A stretch of 40,829 nt of DNA from Methylococcaceae bacterium (GTDB taxonomy: Bacteria > Pseudomonadota > Gammaproteobacteria > Methylococcales > Methylococcaceae), in contig JBILXN010000001.1 in NCBI GenBank assembly GCA_044378425.1, positions 1 through 40,829 on the forward strand, read 5' to 3'. This document shows positions 9,897 to 19,703 of this stretch, piece by piece. Each line of letters starts with the position of its first letter. Position 1 is the first letter of the stretch. A model generated the notes under the pieces. The model did not search any database and was not told the origin of the DNA. It was given only the letters and a program-made list of their open reading frames with translations. Both the position numbers and the translations under genes were made by a program.

Positions 9897-11387
9897 ATGA
9901 GTGATGTGCAAGACGAAAACAAATTGACCGCCCAACGCCGCGAGAAACTCTCAGCGCTGCGCCAACACGGTCAGGCCTATCCTAATGATTTCCGCCGCGA
10001 TTCACTCGCGAAGGATATCCATGACCAGCACGGAGGGCTTAGCGCCGAGGAACTGGATACTCAGACCCTCTCGGTCAAACTTGCCGGCCGACTCATGACC
10101 AAGCGCATCATGGGCAAGGCATCGTTTGCCCACCTACAGGATATGTCGGGGCGTATTCAGATTTTCCTGCAACGCGACACTCTACCCCAGGGTGTTTATG
10201 AAGCATTCAAATCCTGGGATCTCGGCGATATCGTGGCGGTGGAGGGCCAGTTATTCTTGACCAAAACTGGCGAACTCTCGATTCGTGCCGCCAACCTGCG
10301 CCTGCTGACCAAGTCCTTGCGCCCATTGCCTGAAAAATTTCACGGCCTGACGGATGCCGAAACCATTTACCGGCAACGCTACGTCGATCTCATCATGAAC
10401 GAAGAGTCTCGCCGGGTTTTCCTGCTGCGCAGCGCAATTGTGCGCTATATCCGAAATTTTCTAGACCAACGCGGCTTTCTCGAAGTCGAAACCCCCATGA
10501 TGCAGGTGATACCCGGCGGCGCACGGGCAAAGCCCTTCATCACCCATCACAACGCACTGGATATGGATCTGTACCTCCGTATCGCACCAGAGTTGTATCT
10601 AAAACGTCTAGTGGTCGGGGGGTTTGAAAAGGTATTCGAGATCAATCGGAGCTTTCGTAACGAAGGCTTATCGACCAAACACAATCCCGAATTCACCATG
10701 ATTGAGTTCTATCAGGCCTATGCAGATTATCGCGACCTGATGGATCTGACGGAGACACTCTTGCGGAGTATGGCGGAACACCTGCTAGGCGGCAGCGAGA
10801 TCACCTATCAGGGAGTGACCTACGATCTTGGCAAACCCTTCCGCCGCATGACGGTTATCGAGTCCATTTTGCACTACAACCCGGATATTGAACCAGAACA
10901 ACTGGCGGATATGGCCAAGGCCACCGCAGTGGCGCGCGGCCTCGGTATCAAAGTGAGTGGCAGTGATGGATTGGGCAAGATCCAGACTGAGATATTCGAA
11001 AAGACCGTTGAAGACAAACTCTTCGAACCGACCTTCATAACGGCCTATCCGGCCGAAGTATCCCCCTTGGCACGACCTAATGATGCCGACCCGTTCATCA
11101 CCGACCGATTTGAATTCTTCGTAGGTGGTCGCGAATTGGCTAATGGATTCTCGGAATTGAACGACCCTGAAGATCAGGCCGAACGCTTCCGCAAACAGGT
11201 GGAGGATAAGGATGCCGGTGATGAGGAGGCCATGCACTTCGATGCAGACTACATTCGGGCGCTGGAATATGGCATGGCTCCCACGGCTGGCGAAGGTATA
11301 GGCATTGACCGACTGGTCATGTTTTTCACTGATTCAGCATCAATCCGTGACGTCATACTGTTCCCGCACATGCGGCGGGAAAGCTAA
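9897..11387 (+). CDS. lysS: Lysine--tRNA ligase, class II
   Basis: 496 aa with class II motifs ([32 protein letters not shown]). Classic prfB-lysS arrangement with a 3-nt gap. Confidence 0.95.
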   Translation: MSDVQDENKLTAQRREKLSALRQHGQAYPNDFRRDSLAKDIHDQHGGLSAEELDTQTLSVKLAGRLMTKRIMGKASFAHLQDMSGRIQIFLQRDTLPQGVYEAFKSWDLGDIVAVEGQLFLTKTGELSIRAANLRLLTKSLRPLPEKFHGLTDAETIYRQRYVDLIMNEESRRVFLLRSAIVRYIRNFLDQRGFLEVETPMMQVIPGGARAKPFITHHNALDMDLYLRIAPELYLKRLVVGGFEKVFEINRSFRNEGLSTKHNPEFTMIEFYQAYADYRDLMDLTETLLRSMAEHLLGGSEITYQGVTYDLGKPFRRMTVIESILHYNPDIEPEQLADMAKATAVARGLGIKVSGSDGLGKIQTEIFEKTVEDKLFEPTFITAYPAEVSPLARPNDADPFITDRFEFFVGGRELANGFSELNDPEDQAERFRKQVEDKDAGDEEAMHFDADYIRALEYGMAPTAGEGIGIDRLVMFFTDSASIRDVILFPHMRRES

Positions 11388-11521
11388 ACATTAGGGCAGC
11401 ACATCAATAGGATAGGTCGCCCTAACAAACACGCGACCTGTCAGGGCACTGATTCATTGGCATTTTCGATCAATATCGTGATATCACTCCCGGACGACAC
11501 GTAACCCGTGATTCCGGTAGG

Positions 11522-12373
11522 CTACTTTGCAGCAATGGTTTTACCGTCCTTATCCACCATCGGGATTCGATAGGACTGGACTAATGCCTGTATCTTCTCA
11601 GCATTCTTGACGATCAGTTCATCCAACTGCTGCTTTCGCTGTTTGTCGGGAATTCTAACCCCCATGGATATGGGGAAGTCGAACTTCAAACCTTTTTCGG
11701 TATTCATCGGAATCACTTCATACTGTGCGGGATCTTGGGATGCGATGTATCCAGCCATCGGACCCCAGATAATGACCATGTCAATCTTGTCTGCAGCAAA
11801 ATCACGAGCCAAAACCTGTGCGGCATTCTCACTGACGTCACCCGTCATGGTCTGATAGGGAATGCCCTGACCTATTAAACCGTGATTAAGCAACCAGGTT
11901 GTACCGGGCGCACCATCGAACATGGCAATTCGCAAAACCGACTTCTTTTCATTAGACAGTTTATCGATATCTTCAGGCGTTTTTACTGAATCAAGGCCAT
12001 GGCCACGTTTGTAAACCAGCGCATAGACCGATCGGTAATAAGGGGATGTGGTGGCCGCTAGTTCAAACCCGGTGGGTACCCCCATAACCACATCACATTG
12101 ATACCCTTCGCCATCCACTCGCTTTGCTTTTAGAGTGTTGCGAATAAAGCCGAGCCTCTGTGGAAACCAGGTGTACTCGAGTTGCTGCCCCAAATCGGCC
12201 GCAAACAGTTCTGCAATTTTGTTTTCAAGACCGTCGTTTTTGCGAGTGGAAAGCGGCGGGTTATTGGGGTCTGCACAAACCTTGAACACCGACTGATCCG
12301 CCTGACTTACCGTTGCCGACAGCATCAGTGATAACAGACCACCTACCACACGCCCTCTGGTTATATGCCACAT
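11522..12373 (-). CDS. xoxJ: MoxJ/XoxJ-like periplasmic binding protein associated with quinoprotein dehydrogenases
   Basis: Signal peptide and a periplasmic-binding-protein-like sequence (FKVCADPNNPPLS). Lies immediately downstream of xoxF on the same strand. Confidence 0.75.
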   Translation of the reverse strand: MWHITRGRVVGGLLSLMLSATVSQADQSVFKVCADPNNPPLSTRKNDGLENKIAELFAADLGQQLEYTWFPQRLGFIRNTLKAKRVDGEGYQCDVVMGVPTGFELAATTSPYYRSVYALVYKRGHGLDSVKTPEDIDKLSNEKKSVLRIAMFDGAPGTTWLLNHGLIGQGIPYQTMTGDVSENAAQVLARDFAADKIDMVIIWGPMAGYIASQDPAQYEVIPMNTEKGLKFDFPISMGVRIPDKQRKQQLDELIVKNAEKIQALVQSYRIPMVDKDGKTIAAK

Positions 12374-12473
12374 TAATCAATCTCCTGCGTAAAGTTCTGA
12401 ATCGACTGTTTGACCCGCAAATCCATCAAAATTCATGCTCTGACAATTGCCTTTTTACAAATCATCAGGCCCC

Positions 12474-12540
12474 ATAAAAACAAAACCCCGGTTGACGAAT
12501 CAACCAGGGCTCGGGTTTACGAGGGTCCCGGAGGACCCTC
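12474..12540 (-). terminator. Tandem hairpins after xoxF, including an intrinsic terminator
   Basis: On the minus-strand RNA, GAGGGUCC-UCCG-GGACCCUC lies at 12521-12540. It is followed by CCCUGGUUGA-UUCG-UCAACCGGGG (12486-12509) and then UUUUGUUUUU. Confidence 0.7.
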
Positions 12541-12552
12541 CCTCACCGCGTC

Positions 12553-14415
12553 TTACTTAGGCAGAGCGAATACAGTGAACACGCCGCCCAGCTTGGTGTG
12601 AGCCCCAAGGCTCTTGTAGGCACCTACAGCGCCAAGGCCTTCGCTATCACCCTCAAGACCCGCCGCCATACCTACACCAGCCCAGCCACCAATACCAGAC
12701 AGTACGCCGATGTACTGCTTGCCATTGTGAGTCCAGGTACTAACGTTACCGATGATTCCGGATGGCGTTTTGAACTTGTACAGTTCTTCACCCGTGTTGG
12801 CATCACGAACTTTGAGGTAACCCTCAAGGGTGCCGTATATAACGATGTCGCTAGCGGTAGAAACCATGCCACTCCATAGGGAGAACGGCTCATCAATCTG
12901 CCATGCGATTTTTCCGGTGGTCGGATCCCATGCAGTGAAGGACCCCATATGCTGCTTTTCTTCCTTCTCCCCGGTCTTGACATTAGTCTTGGCCGGATAG
13001 ATGTTCAGGGTAGCTCCTACATAAGGCTGACCTGCAGTGTATTCAACCTGGAACGGCTCATAATCCATACAAGTATGGTTGCCAGGGATGTAGATCAACT
13101 TGGTCTTGGGAGAGAAGGTAACGGGGGGTTCGTTCTTAGCACCCATCGCCGAAGGACAGATGCCCTTCTGGTTGTGATCTTCGCCACCGGCCTGTGTAGA
13201 GTACTGGCTCACTACCTGAGGACGACCTGTCTTGGCGTCAACATGGCTTGCCCAGTTCACCATTTTGTCGAACTTCTCGGCAACGAGCAGTTCACCGGTA
13301 TTACGATCCAAGGTATAACCGAACCCGTTGCGGTCGAAGTGGGTCAACAGTTTGGTGTGCTCTTTGCCTTCCTTGTCCTTCATGGGCAGGTCGATCAGGG
13401 TCATTTCGTTGATCCCGTCGTAATCCCATTCATCGTGCGGAGTCATCTGATAGACCCACTTGGCAGCACCAGTATCAGCGTCGCGTGCCCAGACGGTCAT
13501 TGACCACTTGTTATCGCCAGGACGCTGAACCGGGTTCCAGGTAGAGGGATTACCTGATCCGTAAAAGATGAGGTTTGTGGCCGCATCATAGCTGACCCAG
13601 CCCCAAGTAGTACCGCCACCGATCTTCCATTGGTCACCCTGCCATGACTTCAAGGAAGAATCCTTGCCGACCGGTGCCATTTTGCCGTCGGTCCAGGTCG
13701 TGGTCTTGTCGGGATCGATCAGCATTTCGGCATCAGGACCGGTACTGTAACCCTTCCAGGCCAAACTGCCATCCTTGATGTTGTAGGCCGCCATGAAGCC
13801 GCGTACGCCAAATTCTCCACCGGAGATACCGATCAGAACCTTATCCTTCACAACAACCGGAGCACTGGTGTTGGTCATACCCGCCTTCGGGTCACCATTC
13901 TTCACCTTCCATACCATCTTGCCGGTCTTCGAATCCAAGGCAACCAATGTTGCATCACCCTGTGCGATGAAGACCTTACCGTCACCATAGCCGAGACCAC
14001 GGTTGACGACGTCACAGCACATTACACCGATAACCTGTGTCGGGTCGGTGCCTTTATCAGGAGAGTAGTCGTATTCCCACACCACGCTATGGGTGTCCTG
14101 ATCAAGCGCATAGATCTTGTGCGGGAAACCGGTATGGATGTAGATCAGTCCATTGACAACCAGAGGACCACCTTCATGACCACGCAGAGCACCTGTTGAG
14201 AAGGTCCACATGGGCTGGAGGGTTTTGGCGTTGTCCTTGTTGATCTGGGTCAGGGTGCTGAATCGGCTACCATAGTAGTCGCCACCCCAAGTTGCCCAGC
14301 TTGCTGGGTCATGGGTCAGTTTCTCGACCTCGGCATTGGCGAAACTCATCCCGGGGGCAGCGATCGCAGTCGCTACAGCGGTCGCGAGCAGCCATTTTTT
14401 GACGGGGTTATTCAT
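12553..14415 (-). CDS. xoxF: PQQ-dependent methanol/ethanol dehydrogenase, XoxF (lanthanide-dependent) type
   Basis: 620 aa with a signal peptide and the vicinal Cys pair GVMCCD. The WDYDG motif (Asp331-Tyr-Asp333, nt 13417-13425) carries the extra Asp that distinguishes XoxF from Ca-dependent MxaF (DxA). Confidence 0.9.
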   Translation of the reverse strand: MNNPVKKWLLATAVATAIAAPGMSFANAEVEKLTHDPASWATWGGDYYGSRFSTLTQINKDNAKTLQPMWTFSTGALRGHEGGPLVVNGLIYIHTGFPHKIYALDQDTHSVVWEYDYSPDKGTDPTQVIGVMCCDVVNRGLGYGDGKVFIAQGDATLVALDSKTGKMVWKVKNGDPKAGMTNTSAPVVVKDKVLIGISGGEFGVRGFMAAYNIKDGSLAWKGYSTGPDAEMLIDPDKTTTWTDGKMAPVGKDSSLKSWQGDQWKIGGGTTWGWVSYDAATNLIFYGSGNPSTWNPVQRPGDNKWSMTVWARDADTGAAKWVYQMTPHDEWDYDGINEMTLIDLPMKDKEGKEHTKLLTHFDRNGFGYTLDRNTGELLVAEKFDKMVNWASHVDAKTGRPQVVSQYSTQAGGEDHNQKGICPSAMGAKNEPPVTFSPKTKLIYIPGNHTCMDYEPFQVEYTAGQPYVGATLNIYPAKTNVKTGEKEEKQHMGSFTAWDPTTGKIAWQIDEPFSLWSGMVSTASDIVIYGTLEGYLKVRDANTGEELYKFKTPSGIIGNVSTWTHNGKQYIGVLSGIGGWAGVGMAAGLEGDSEGLGAVGAYKSLGAHTKLGGVFTVFALPK

Positions 14416-15280
14416 TTTCTTTCCTCCTCGAAATCTGTTGCTACAGACAACTTTGATTTGTTACTGACAAGGTACCCTAAAATCCTTGGACGAAGGTCTG
14501 GGTCCACCGGACAGGAGCATCATAACTATGCACCAAGACCTTGGGCCCACTCGTCTGCGTGCGTAAATTGAAGGATTTCACTTTAAAAGTCAACGATACA
14601 TTTACAGTATGGAAACAACTGCTAAGGCTTGACTTGCGAGAGGGCTTGTTGCCTGTCGGGGCTATAAGGTCTCGCTGGTGTTGGACTGTCAAACCTTTGG
14701 GAGGTTCTCTCGCGTCTCAAGTGAAAAGCCCTTGATGCCGGGCCGGACCCAGGAGGGGCACAATCATACAGATTATTGATTTATATAATAAATAATGAAT
14801 ATCGACCACGCCGCAAAGCGACTTTAATCCGCTGCCCCTCAGCGACCGTCCCAACAAGGCTGAGCATCATTCGGTTCTCTTCCGCTCTGAGCGGGAAACA
14901 GCATAACCAGGTGGACCGTTTCAGCCAGCATTGAGAAGATTTCGGATAGGGTGGCCACCTCGGTTTTCACCGCCGCTCTCGGTCTTAATGATCCTCGGAA
15001 AGTCCGTGAGATTCGTGTCGAGCCTGATGTTAAGGTGAGATCCACTTTGCAAAACGGCTGGATTGCCCAGCCTGAACTGCGGGCGATCCATCGATTCACC
15101 GCTCGGATCCAGCGGGCCTGGATGCTGAAGTCACACTAGAATTAGTGGACCGTTGCTTCAGTCACCCGTGTAAAAACGGCTGTGACATGCTAAACACTTG
15201 GTAGGGGATTGCATCATCCATAGCATCGGATATCCACTGCCCCCAAAATCTTCAACCTGATCTTCCGGTGAGGACCGTCC

Positions 15281-16219
15281 ATGCAGGCACAAAAGCGAGA
15301 CCTTCGATTACGCTACATTTTGCTTCTATTCTCGGCGATAGCCTCAGCGGCGACCGGCGAGGAACTTGCACTGGCAGAAATAGCCAGTGGGGTTTACGTT
15401 CACCAAGGCAAGCATGAGTGGCCGGACACCCAAAATCATGGAGAAATAGCCAATATCGGCTTTATCGCAGGCGATCGCTGCGTAGCCGTGATCGACAGCG
15501 GAGGCAGCCCCGAGCAGGGGTTGGCGCTTAAAAAGGCTGTGCAGGCAATCACCCGGACCCCCATCTGCTATGTGATCAACACGCACGTTCACCCTGACCA
15601 CATCTATGGCAACCTGGCGTTCAAGCAGAGCGGCGTCAGTTTTATCGGCCATCATAAACTGGCACAGGCCATGGCGCTGCGGGCCTCTTTTTACAGCACG
15701 CTGGCCCATCGGGAACTCGGTCTGACTCTCACGGACGATCATTTCATCCCGCCGGATCACCCGGTAACAGGTGTTGAACAACTGGATCTCGGTGGTCGCA
15801 CGCTCGTACTAACGGCCCACCCAACCGCTCACACCGACAATGACCTCAGTGTTTTTGACGCCAAAACAGGTACGCTCTGGCTAGCCGACCTGCTGTTCAT
15901 GGGCCATATTCCAGTAGTGGACGGCAGCCTTACGGGCTGGCTAAAGGAAATAGAAAAGCTTAGAAGCCAGCCAGCCCAACGGGTCGTGCCAGGTCACGGC
16001 CCCGTTCGGGCAGCCTGGCCCCTATCGTTGATCGGCGAAGAACGCTACCTGCAAATGCTGCAGACCGAGATACGCAGCGCCATCAAAGCCGGCAAGACCA
16101 TGGAGCACGCCATGAGTGAGATCGGCACTTCTGCTCGCAACGAATGGCAACTGTTCGATCAATTCCACAAACGCAACATTTCCACGGCATTTGCCGAACT
16201 GGAATGGGAAAATGACTGA
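15281..16219 (+). CDS. Periplasmic metallo-beta-lactamase-fold zinc hydrolase (quinoprotein relay system metallohydrolase-like, SoxH-like)
   Basis: Signal peptide. HxHxDH motif (NTHVHPDH) plus later His/Asp ligands. Divergent from xoxF and directly upstream of the SoxYZ-like carrier. Confidence 0.8.
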   Translation: MQAQKRDLRLRYILLLFSAIASAATGEELALAEIASGVYVHQGKHEWPDTQNHGEIANIGFIAGDRCVAVIDSGGSPEQGLALKKAVQAITRTPICYVINTHVHPDHIYGNLAFKQSGVSFIGHHKLAQAMALRASFYSTLAHRELGLTLTDDHFIPPDHPVTGVEQLDLGGRTLVLTAHPTAHTDNDLSVFDAKTGTLWLADLLFMGHIPVVDGSLTGWLKEIEKLRSQPAQRVVPGHGPVRAAWPLSLIGEERYLQMLQTEIRSAIKAGKTMEHAMSEIGTSARNEWQLFDQFHKRNISTAFAELEWEND

Positions 16220-16241
16220 CCGCCACAGGAGAACCTTACCC

Positions 16242-17054
16242 ATGAAAATAAAAGCACCCTGTCTCGTACTGTTCGCCGCCCTATCAGGTCTGAGCCTGGC
16301 ATTTGGCCCAGTCTATGCTGAGGGCGAAGATGAAACTGCCTGGAACACTGTCCTAAAACAGAAGTTTTTTGCCGATCGCCCCATCGCCGAGGATACCCTC
16401 GTGGAGATCACAGCCCCCTATCGGGCGGAAGACCCCGGACTGGTCCCGATTCAGGTCACCAGCAAGATTCCCCAGACAGCAGGTCACTTCATCAAAACCA
16501 TCACCGTTGTGATCGATAACAACCCGGTGCCGTTCTCCGCTGCCTTCGACTTCACCCCAGACAGTGGCAAGGCGGACATTGCGACCCGCATGCGATTCAA
16601 CGCCTACACCCATGTGCGTGCCATAGCGGAGACCAATGACGGCAAACTTCATATGGCCAAAGCTTTCGTCAAGGCTAGCGGCGGCTGCTCCGCCCCAATC
16701 GGTACCGATCTGGAGGCTGCCATGGCGAGACTCGGCAAAATGAAGTTCAGGCTTGATGGCGACAAGGTAACGCCACGGCAACCCAACCCGGTGCAGTTGC
16801 TTATCAGTCACCCTAATATAACCGGCATGCAGATGGATCAGATCAGCCGCATGGTCAAGCCAGCCCACTATGTTGACGAGGTGAAAGTCAGCTTTAACGG
16901 TAAGGCGATCATGAACGCCAAAACCGACATTGCCATTAGCGCGGATCCAAACTTCCGATTTTATTTCGTACCGGACAACGCGGGGGAACTGAAGGTTGAG
17001 ATAAAGGACAATCTTGGCAACCACTACTCTGCAACCCAGTCAGTGTCGCCTTAA
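16242..17054 (+). CDS. Quinoprotein dehydrogenase-associated fused SoxYZ-like carrier
   Basis: The ATG at 16242 follows AGGAGA. The tracked ORF start at 16116 lies inside the previous gene. Signal peptide MKIKAPCLVLFAALSGLSLAFG. Internal SoxY-like carrier motif KASGGCSAP (Cys149, nt 16686-16688), followed by a SoxZ-like half. Confidence 0.75.
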   Translation: MKIKAPCLVLFAALSGLSLAFGPVYAEGEDETAWNTVLKQKFFADRPIAEDTLVEITAPYRAEDPGLVPIQVTSKIPQTAGHFIKTITVVIDNNPVPFSAAFDFTPDSGKADIATRMRFNAYTHVRAIAETNDGKLHMAKAFVKASGGCSAPIGTDLEAAMARLGKMKFRLDGDKVTPRQPNPVQLLISHPNITGMQMDQISRMVKPAHYVDEVKVSFNGKAIMNAKTDIAISADPNFRFYFVPDNAGELKVEIKDNLGNHYSATQSVSP

Positions 17055-17126
17055 TCGACGCTGACATTCAAAAACGTCAGGAATAGCGGTCCGGGTCCAT
17101 CATGACCCGGATGGCAATGGGCTGTT

Positions 17127-19238
17127 TCAAGAATAGTCGGCCACCAACATCACCAGGCTGTGGTCACGGACTCTTAAAGCGCTTTCACGCGACACCCTGA
17201 CACCCTGCCCCGGCAAACAGAGATCCATCGGCGCTGCTGCCCCAGTATCCATGACCCTGACCCAGACCTGATTTTTGGCAAGCGCCGGCAAAACAAAACT
17301 GATGGCCTGACCCATAGGATTAGCGATAAGACACAGCGACTGGATGCTATCGTCGGCATGAATATGACAGCCTATCGCGCTGTCACTATGCCAATCCGGC
17401 CGTCCTCCCCCCGCATTGAACCAGCTAATTTCCTCCGGCCGGTAGAATCGCTCGCTAGAGAGCACAGGATAGCGTCGACGCAAGGCGATCAGGCCCTTAA
17501 CGAAGGTGAAGAACTCCTGATTCTTATCCGCCTGCCCCCAATCAAACCAGGACAACTCATTGTCCTGGCAGTAGGCATTATTATTGCCGTGCTGGGTCCG
17601 GCAAAACTCGTCCCCGCCCAGCATCATCGGTACACCGCGCGACAGGAATAACGTCGCCATAAAGTTCTTCATCTGCCGTAAGCGCAACTGCCTGATGGCA
17701 GGATCATCCGTGGCACCCTCACAGCCATAATTGGCGCTGAAGCTTTCACCGCAACCGTCGCGGTTGTTCTCCCCATTTGACAGATTATGCTTGCGCTCGT
17801 AGCTGACGAGATCGTTCAGTGTGAAGCCGTCGTGACAGGTGACAAAATTGATGCTGTGCACGGGCGCCTTGCCACTATGCTGATAAATATCGGCACTGCC
17901 ACAAAGCCGGCTGGCAAAAGCGCCCGCCATTCCAGCATCTCCGCGCCAGTAGCGACGGATATCATCGCGGTAGAGGCCATTCCACTCCGACCAGCGTTCC
18001 CCGGGGAAACGCCCGACCAGATAAGCACCGCCAGCATCCCAGGCTTCAGCAATCAACTTGACGCCCCGCAGGATTGGATCTTCGGCGATCTGTTCCAGCA
18101 AGGGCGGGTTAGCCACCAGATTACCGTTGCAGTCCCGCCCGAGTATGGACGCAAGATCAAAGCGGAAACCATCCACATGCATCTCCACCACCCAGTAGCG
18201 CAGGCAGTCAAGGATGTAGTTGCGAACCACCGGATGGTTGCAATTCATGGTATTGCCACAGCCCGAGTAATTTTTGTAGCGTTTGCGGTCCTCTTCAAGG
18301 ATGTAGAAGATGCTGTTATCAAGACCACGAAAATTCAGCGTCGGCCCGGTTTCGTCGCCTTCCGCCGTGTGATTGAACACGACGTCCAGCAGTACCTCGA
18401 TCCCAGCCTTGTGCAAGGCCTTGACCATGGTCTTGAATTCATCGACCTGACAACCGGGATAGAGGCGGGTACCGTAACCTTCATACGGCGCGAAAAACGC
18501 GATGGTGTTGTAACCCCAGTAATTACTTAAGCGTTCGCCGGTTGCGGGATTCCGCATCGTCACTTCGCTGGGATTGAATTCCTGTAGGGGCATGAACTCA
18601 ATAGCGTTTATCCCTAACTCCTTGAGATAGGGAATTTTGTCGATCACCCCAAGAAAAGTGCCCGGTGATTTGGCATTGGCCGAGGGGTGTATGGTCAGCC
18701 CCCGAACATGGGTTTCATAGATCACAAGGTCAGACCAACGATGGTAGAGCGGGCGGTCGTCTTCCCAATCGAAGCCATTTTCGGTCACAAGGCACTTGAC
18801 CAGGGCCTGACCGCTGCCGACCTTGCCGCCCGCCGCACAGAGTTGGCCGAAATCCAGCCGGTCAGGGCTGGTCACCGCTGTCGCGTAGGGGTCTATCAGC
18901 ACCTTGGTCGCATCAAAGCGGTGACCCCGTTCAGGCGCGTGAGGACCATCGACCCGAAAGGCGTAAGCTAAACCCCGTCCGGCACCATGAACCCGGATAT
19001 GCCACATATCACCGGTTTTATTGCGATCCGGGTCAAGCTCAATAGTCTGGCTGGGCGCAGTCGCGGCAATGTCCTTGAACAGCAACAGCCAGACGCGGGT
19101 GGCATGGCGACTGAAAATCGCAAAATTGACGCCATCTCCCTGCAGATGAACGCCATGCGGCAACGGGGACCCCGGTGAGCACGAAAAATCCGGTTTAATC
19201 GAGGACAGTAATTCCAGAGCGCGTTCGGCTATTTTCAT
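17127..19238 (-). CDS. glgX: Glycogen debranching enzyme GlgX (GH13)
   Basis: 703 aa with an N-terminal CBM48-like region (GVNFAIFSRHATRV). GH13 catalytic blocks DVVFNHT, GFRFDLASIL, EAWD, FVTCHDGF. Confidence 0.92.
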   Translation of the reverse strand: MKIAERALELLSSIKPDFSCSPGSPLPHGVHLQGDGVNFAIFSRHATRVWLLLFKDIAATAPSQTIELDPDRNKTGDMWHIRVHGAGRGLAYAFRVDGPHAPERGHRFDATKVLIDPYATAVTSPDRLDFGQLCAAGGKVGSGQALVKCLVTENGFDWEDDRPLYHRWSDLVIYETHVRGLTIHPSANAKSPGTFLGVIDKIPYLKELGINAIEFMPLQEFNPSEVTMRNPATGERLSNYWGYNTIAFFAPYEGYGTRLYPGCQVDEFKTMVKALHKAGIEVLLDVVFNHTAEGDETGPTLNFRGLDNSIFYILEEDRKRYKNYSGCGNTMNCNHPVVRNYILDCLRYWVVEMHVDGFRFDLASILGRDCNGNLVANPPLLEQIAEDPILRGVKLIAEAWDAGGAYLVGRFPGERWSEWNGLYRDDIRRYWRGDAGMAGAFASRLCGSADIYQHSGKAPVHSINFVTCHDGFTLNDLVSYERKHNLSNGENNRDGCGESFSANYGCEGATDDPAIRQLRLRQMKNFMATLFLSRGVPMMLGGDEFCRTQHGNNNAYCQDNELSWFDWGQADKNQEFFTFVKGLIALRRRYPVLSSERFYRPEEISWFNAGGGRPDWHSDSAIGCHIHADDSIQSLCLIANPMGQAISFVLPALAKNQVWVRVMDTGAAAPMDLCLPGQGVRVSRESALRVRDHSLVMLVADYS

Positions 19239-19703
19239 GGTTTTGAAATCAATGGCCTGACAGGATATGGGAAGTCGGCTCCCGCCGCAGGTGTCTGCAG
19301 CACATCGCCACCAAAAGGCTGACCGTGGGTTTACCGACAGTATACGAATGGTACCACTCTGCCCAAACCAGTCGCAGCACCTAACGGGCCAGCAGCAGAC
19401 CCAGTGTCATCAACTGTACCGCCAGATTTTCCGGTTCATGAGCGAAGCTCGGGGTTTAGCCACGGCATCTTTGCGCACATGATCGGCGATGGCGGCACAC
19501 CAGAAAGCAGAAAAAGCCCAACAACCGCTAATGGCAAACCATGTGCGCAGCGGGCGCCATCCCCGTTACCGCGTAAGAAGGGCAACGGTGGCGACTTGGA
19601 GCGCCAAAACAGCGGTCAAAAATAAGCAGCATTACGATGACGCCGCTCTATGCCACCCGCCTGAGCCACAGTGAACACCATTGTCCGGACCGGCAGCAGG
19701 GCT

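Noticed and set aside
11390-11440. TTAGGGC ... GCCCTAA inverted repeat after lysS
   Set aside because: 7-bp arms with a loop of about 21 nt and no U-tract. Too weak to call a terminator.
12410-12601. 63-aa plus-strand ORF in the xoxJ-xoxF gap
   Set aside because: It runs antisense through the xoxF terminator hairpins and into the xoxF 3' end. The translation has no features.
14891-15139. Open frame AGNSITRWTVSASIEKISDRVATSVF...AQPELRAIHRFTARIQRAWMLKSH in the xoxF upstream spacer (tracked as 14951-15139), bracketed by a 10-nt direct repeat GTGGACCGTT (14911-14920 and 15145-15154)
   Set aside because: No family recognised, no good start or RBS, and a mutually exclusive antisense ORF exists. 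A single 10-mer repeat within 865 bp is roughly what chance allows. Kept only as part of the spacer finding.
15198-15213. Sigma-54-like TTGGTAGGGGATTGCA upstream of the hydrolase gene
   Set aside because: The GG and GC dinucleotides are one nucleotide closer than in the TGGCAC-N5-TTGC consensus, and the -24 element is poor. No enhancer-binding protein gene is nearby.
16116-16241. N-terminal extension of the SoxYZ-like ORF (start 16116)
   Set aside because: It lies inside the preceding hydrolase gene. The ATG at 16242 is preceded by AGGAGA and starts a clean signal peptide.
16353-17024. Long antisense ORFs inside confirmed genes (for example 16353-17024, 17787-18530, 12949-13503, 20992-21657, 27128-27676, 39646-40164, 25508-25969)
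   Set aside because: They are shadow ORFs on the opposite strand of genes with strong family signatures. Their translations are Arg/Gly/His-rich with no recognisable motifs.
17091-17110. Hairpin CCGGGTC-CATCAT-GACCCGG between the convergent SoxYZ-like and glgX genes
   Set aside because: No U-tract on either strand, so it is not a convincing intrinsic terminator. It may still be a weak bidirectional stop.
19410-19634. Minus-strand frame upstream of glgX reading like hydrophobic helices (CCLFLTAVLALQVATVALLTR * RGWRPLRTWFAISGCWAFSAFWCAAIADH...), a possible remnant of a small membrane-protein gene
   Set aside because: It is interrupted by an in-frame TAA (19566-19568), has no start codon, and resembles DUF454/YbaN-type proteins only vaguely. 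I cannot support it without a search.
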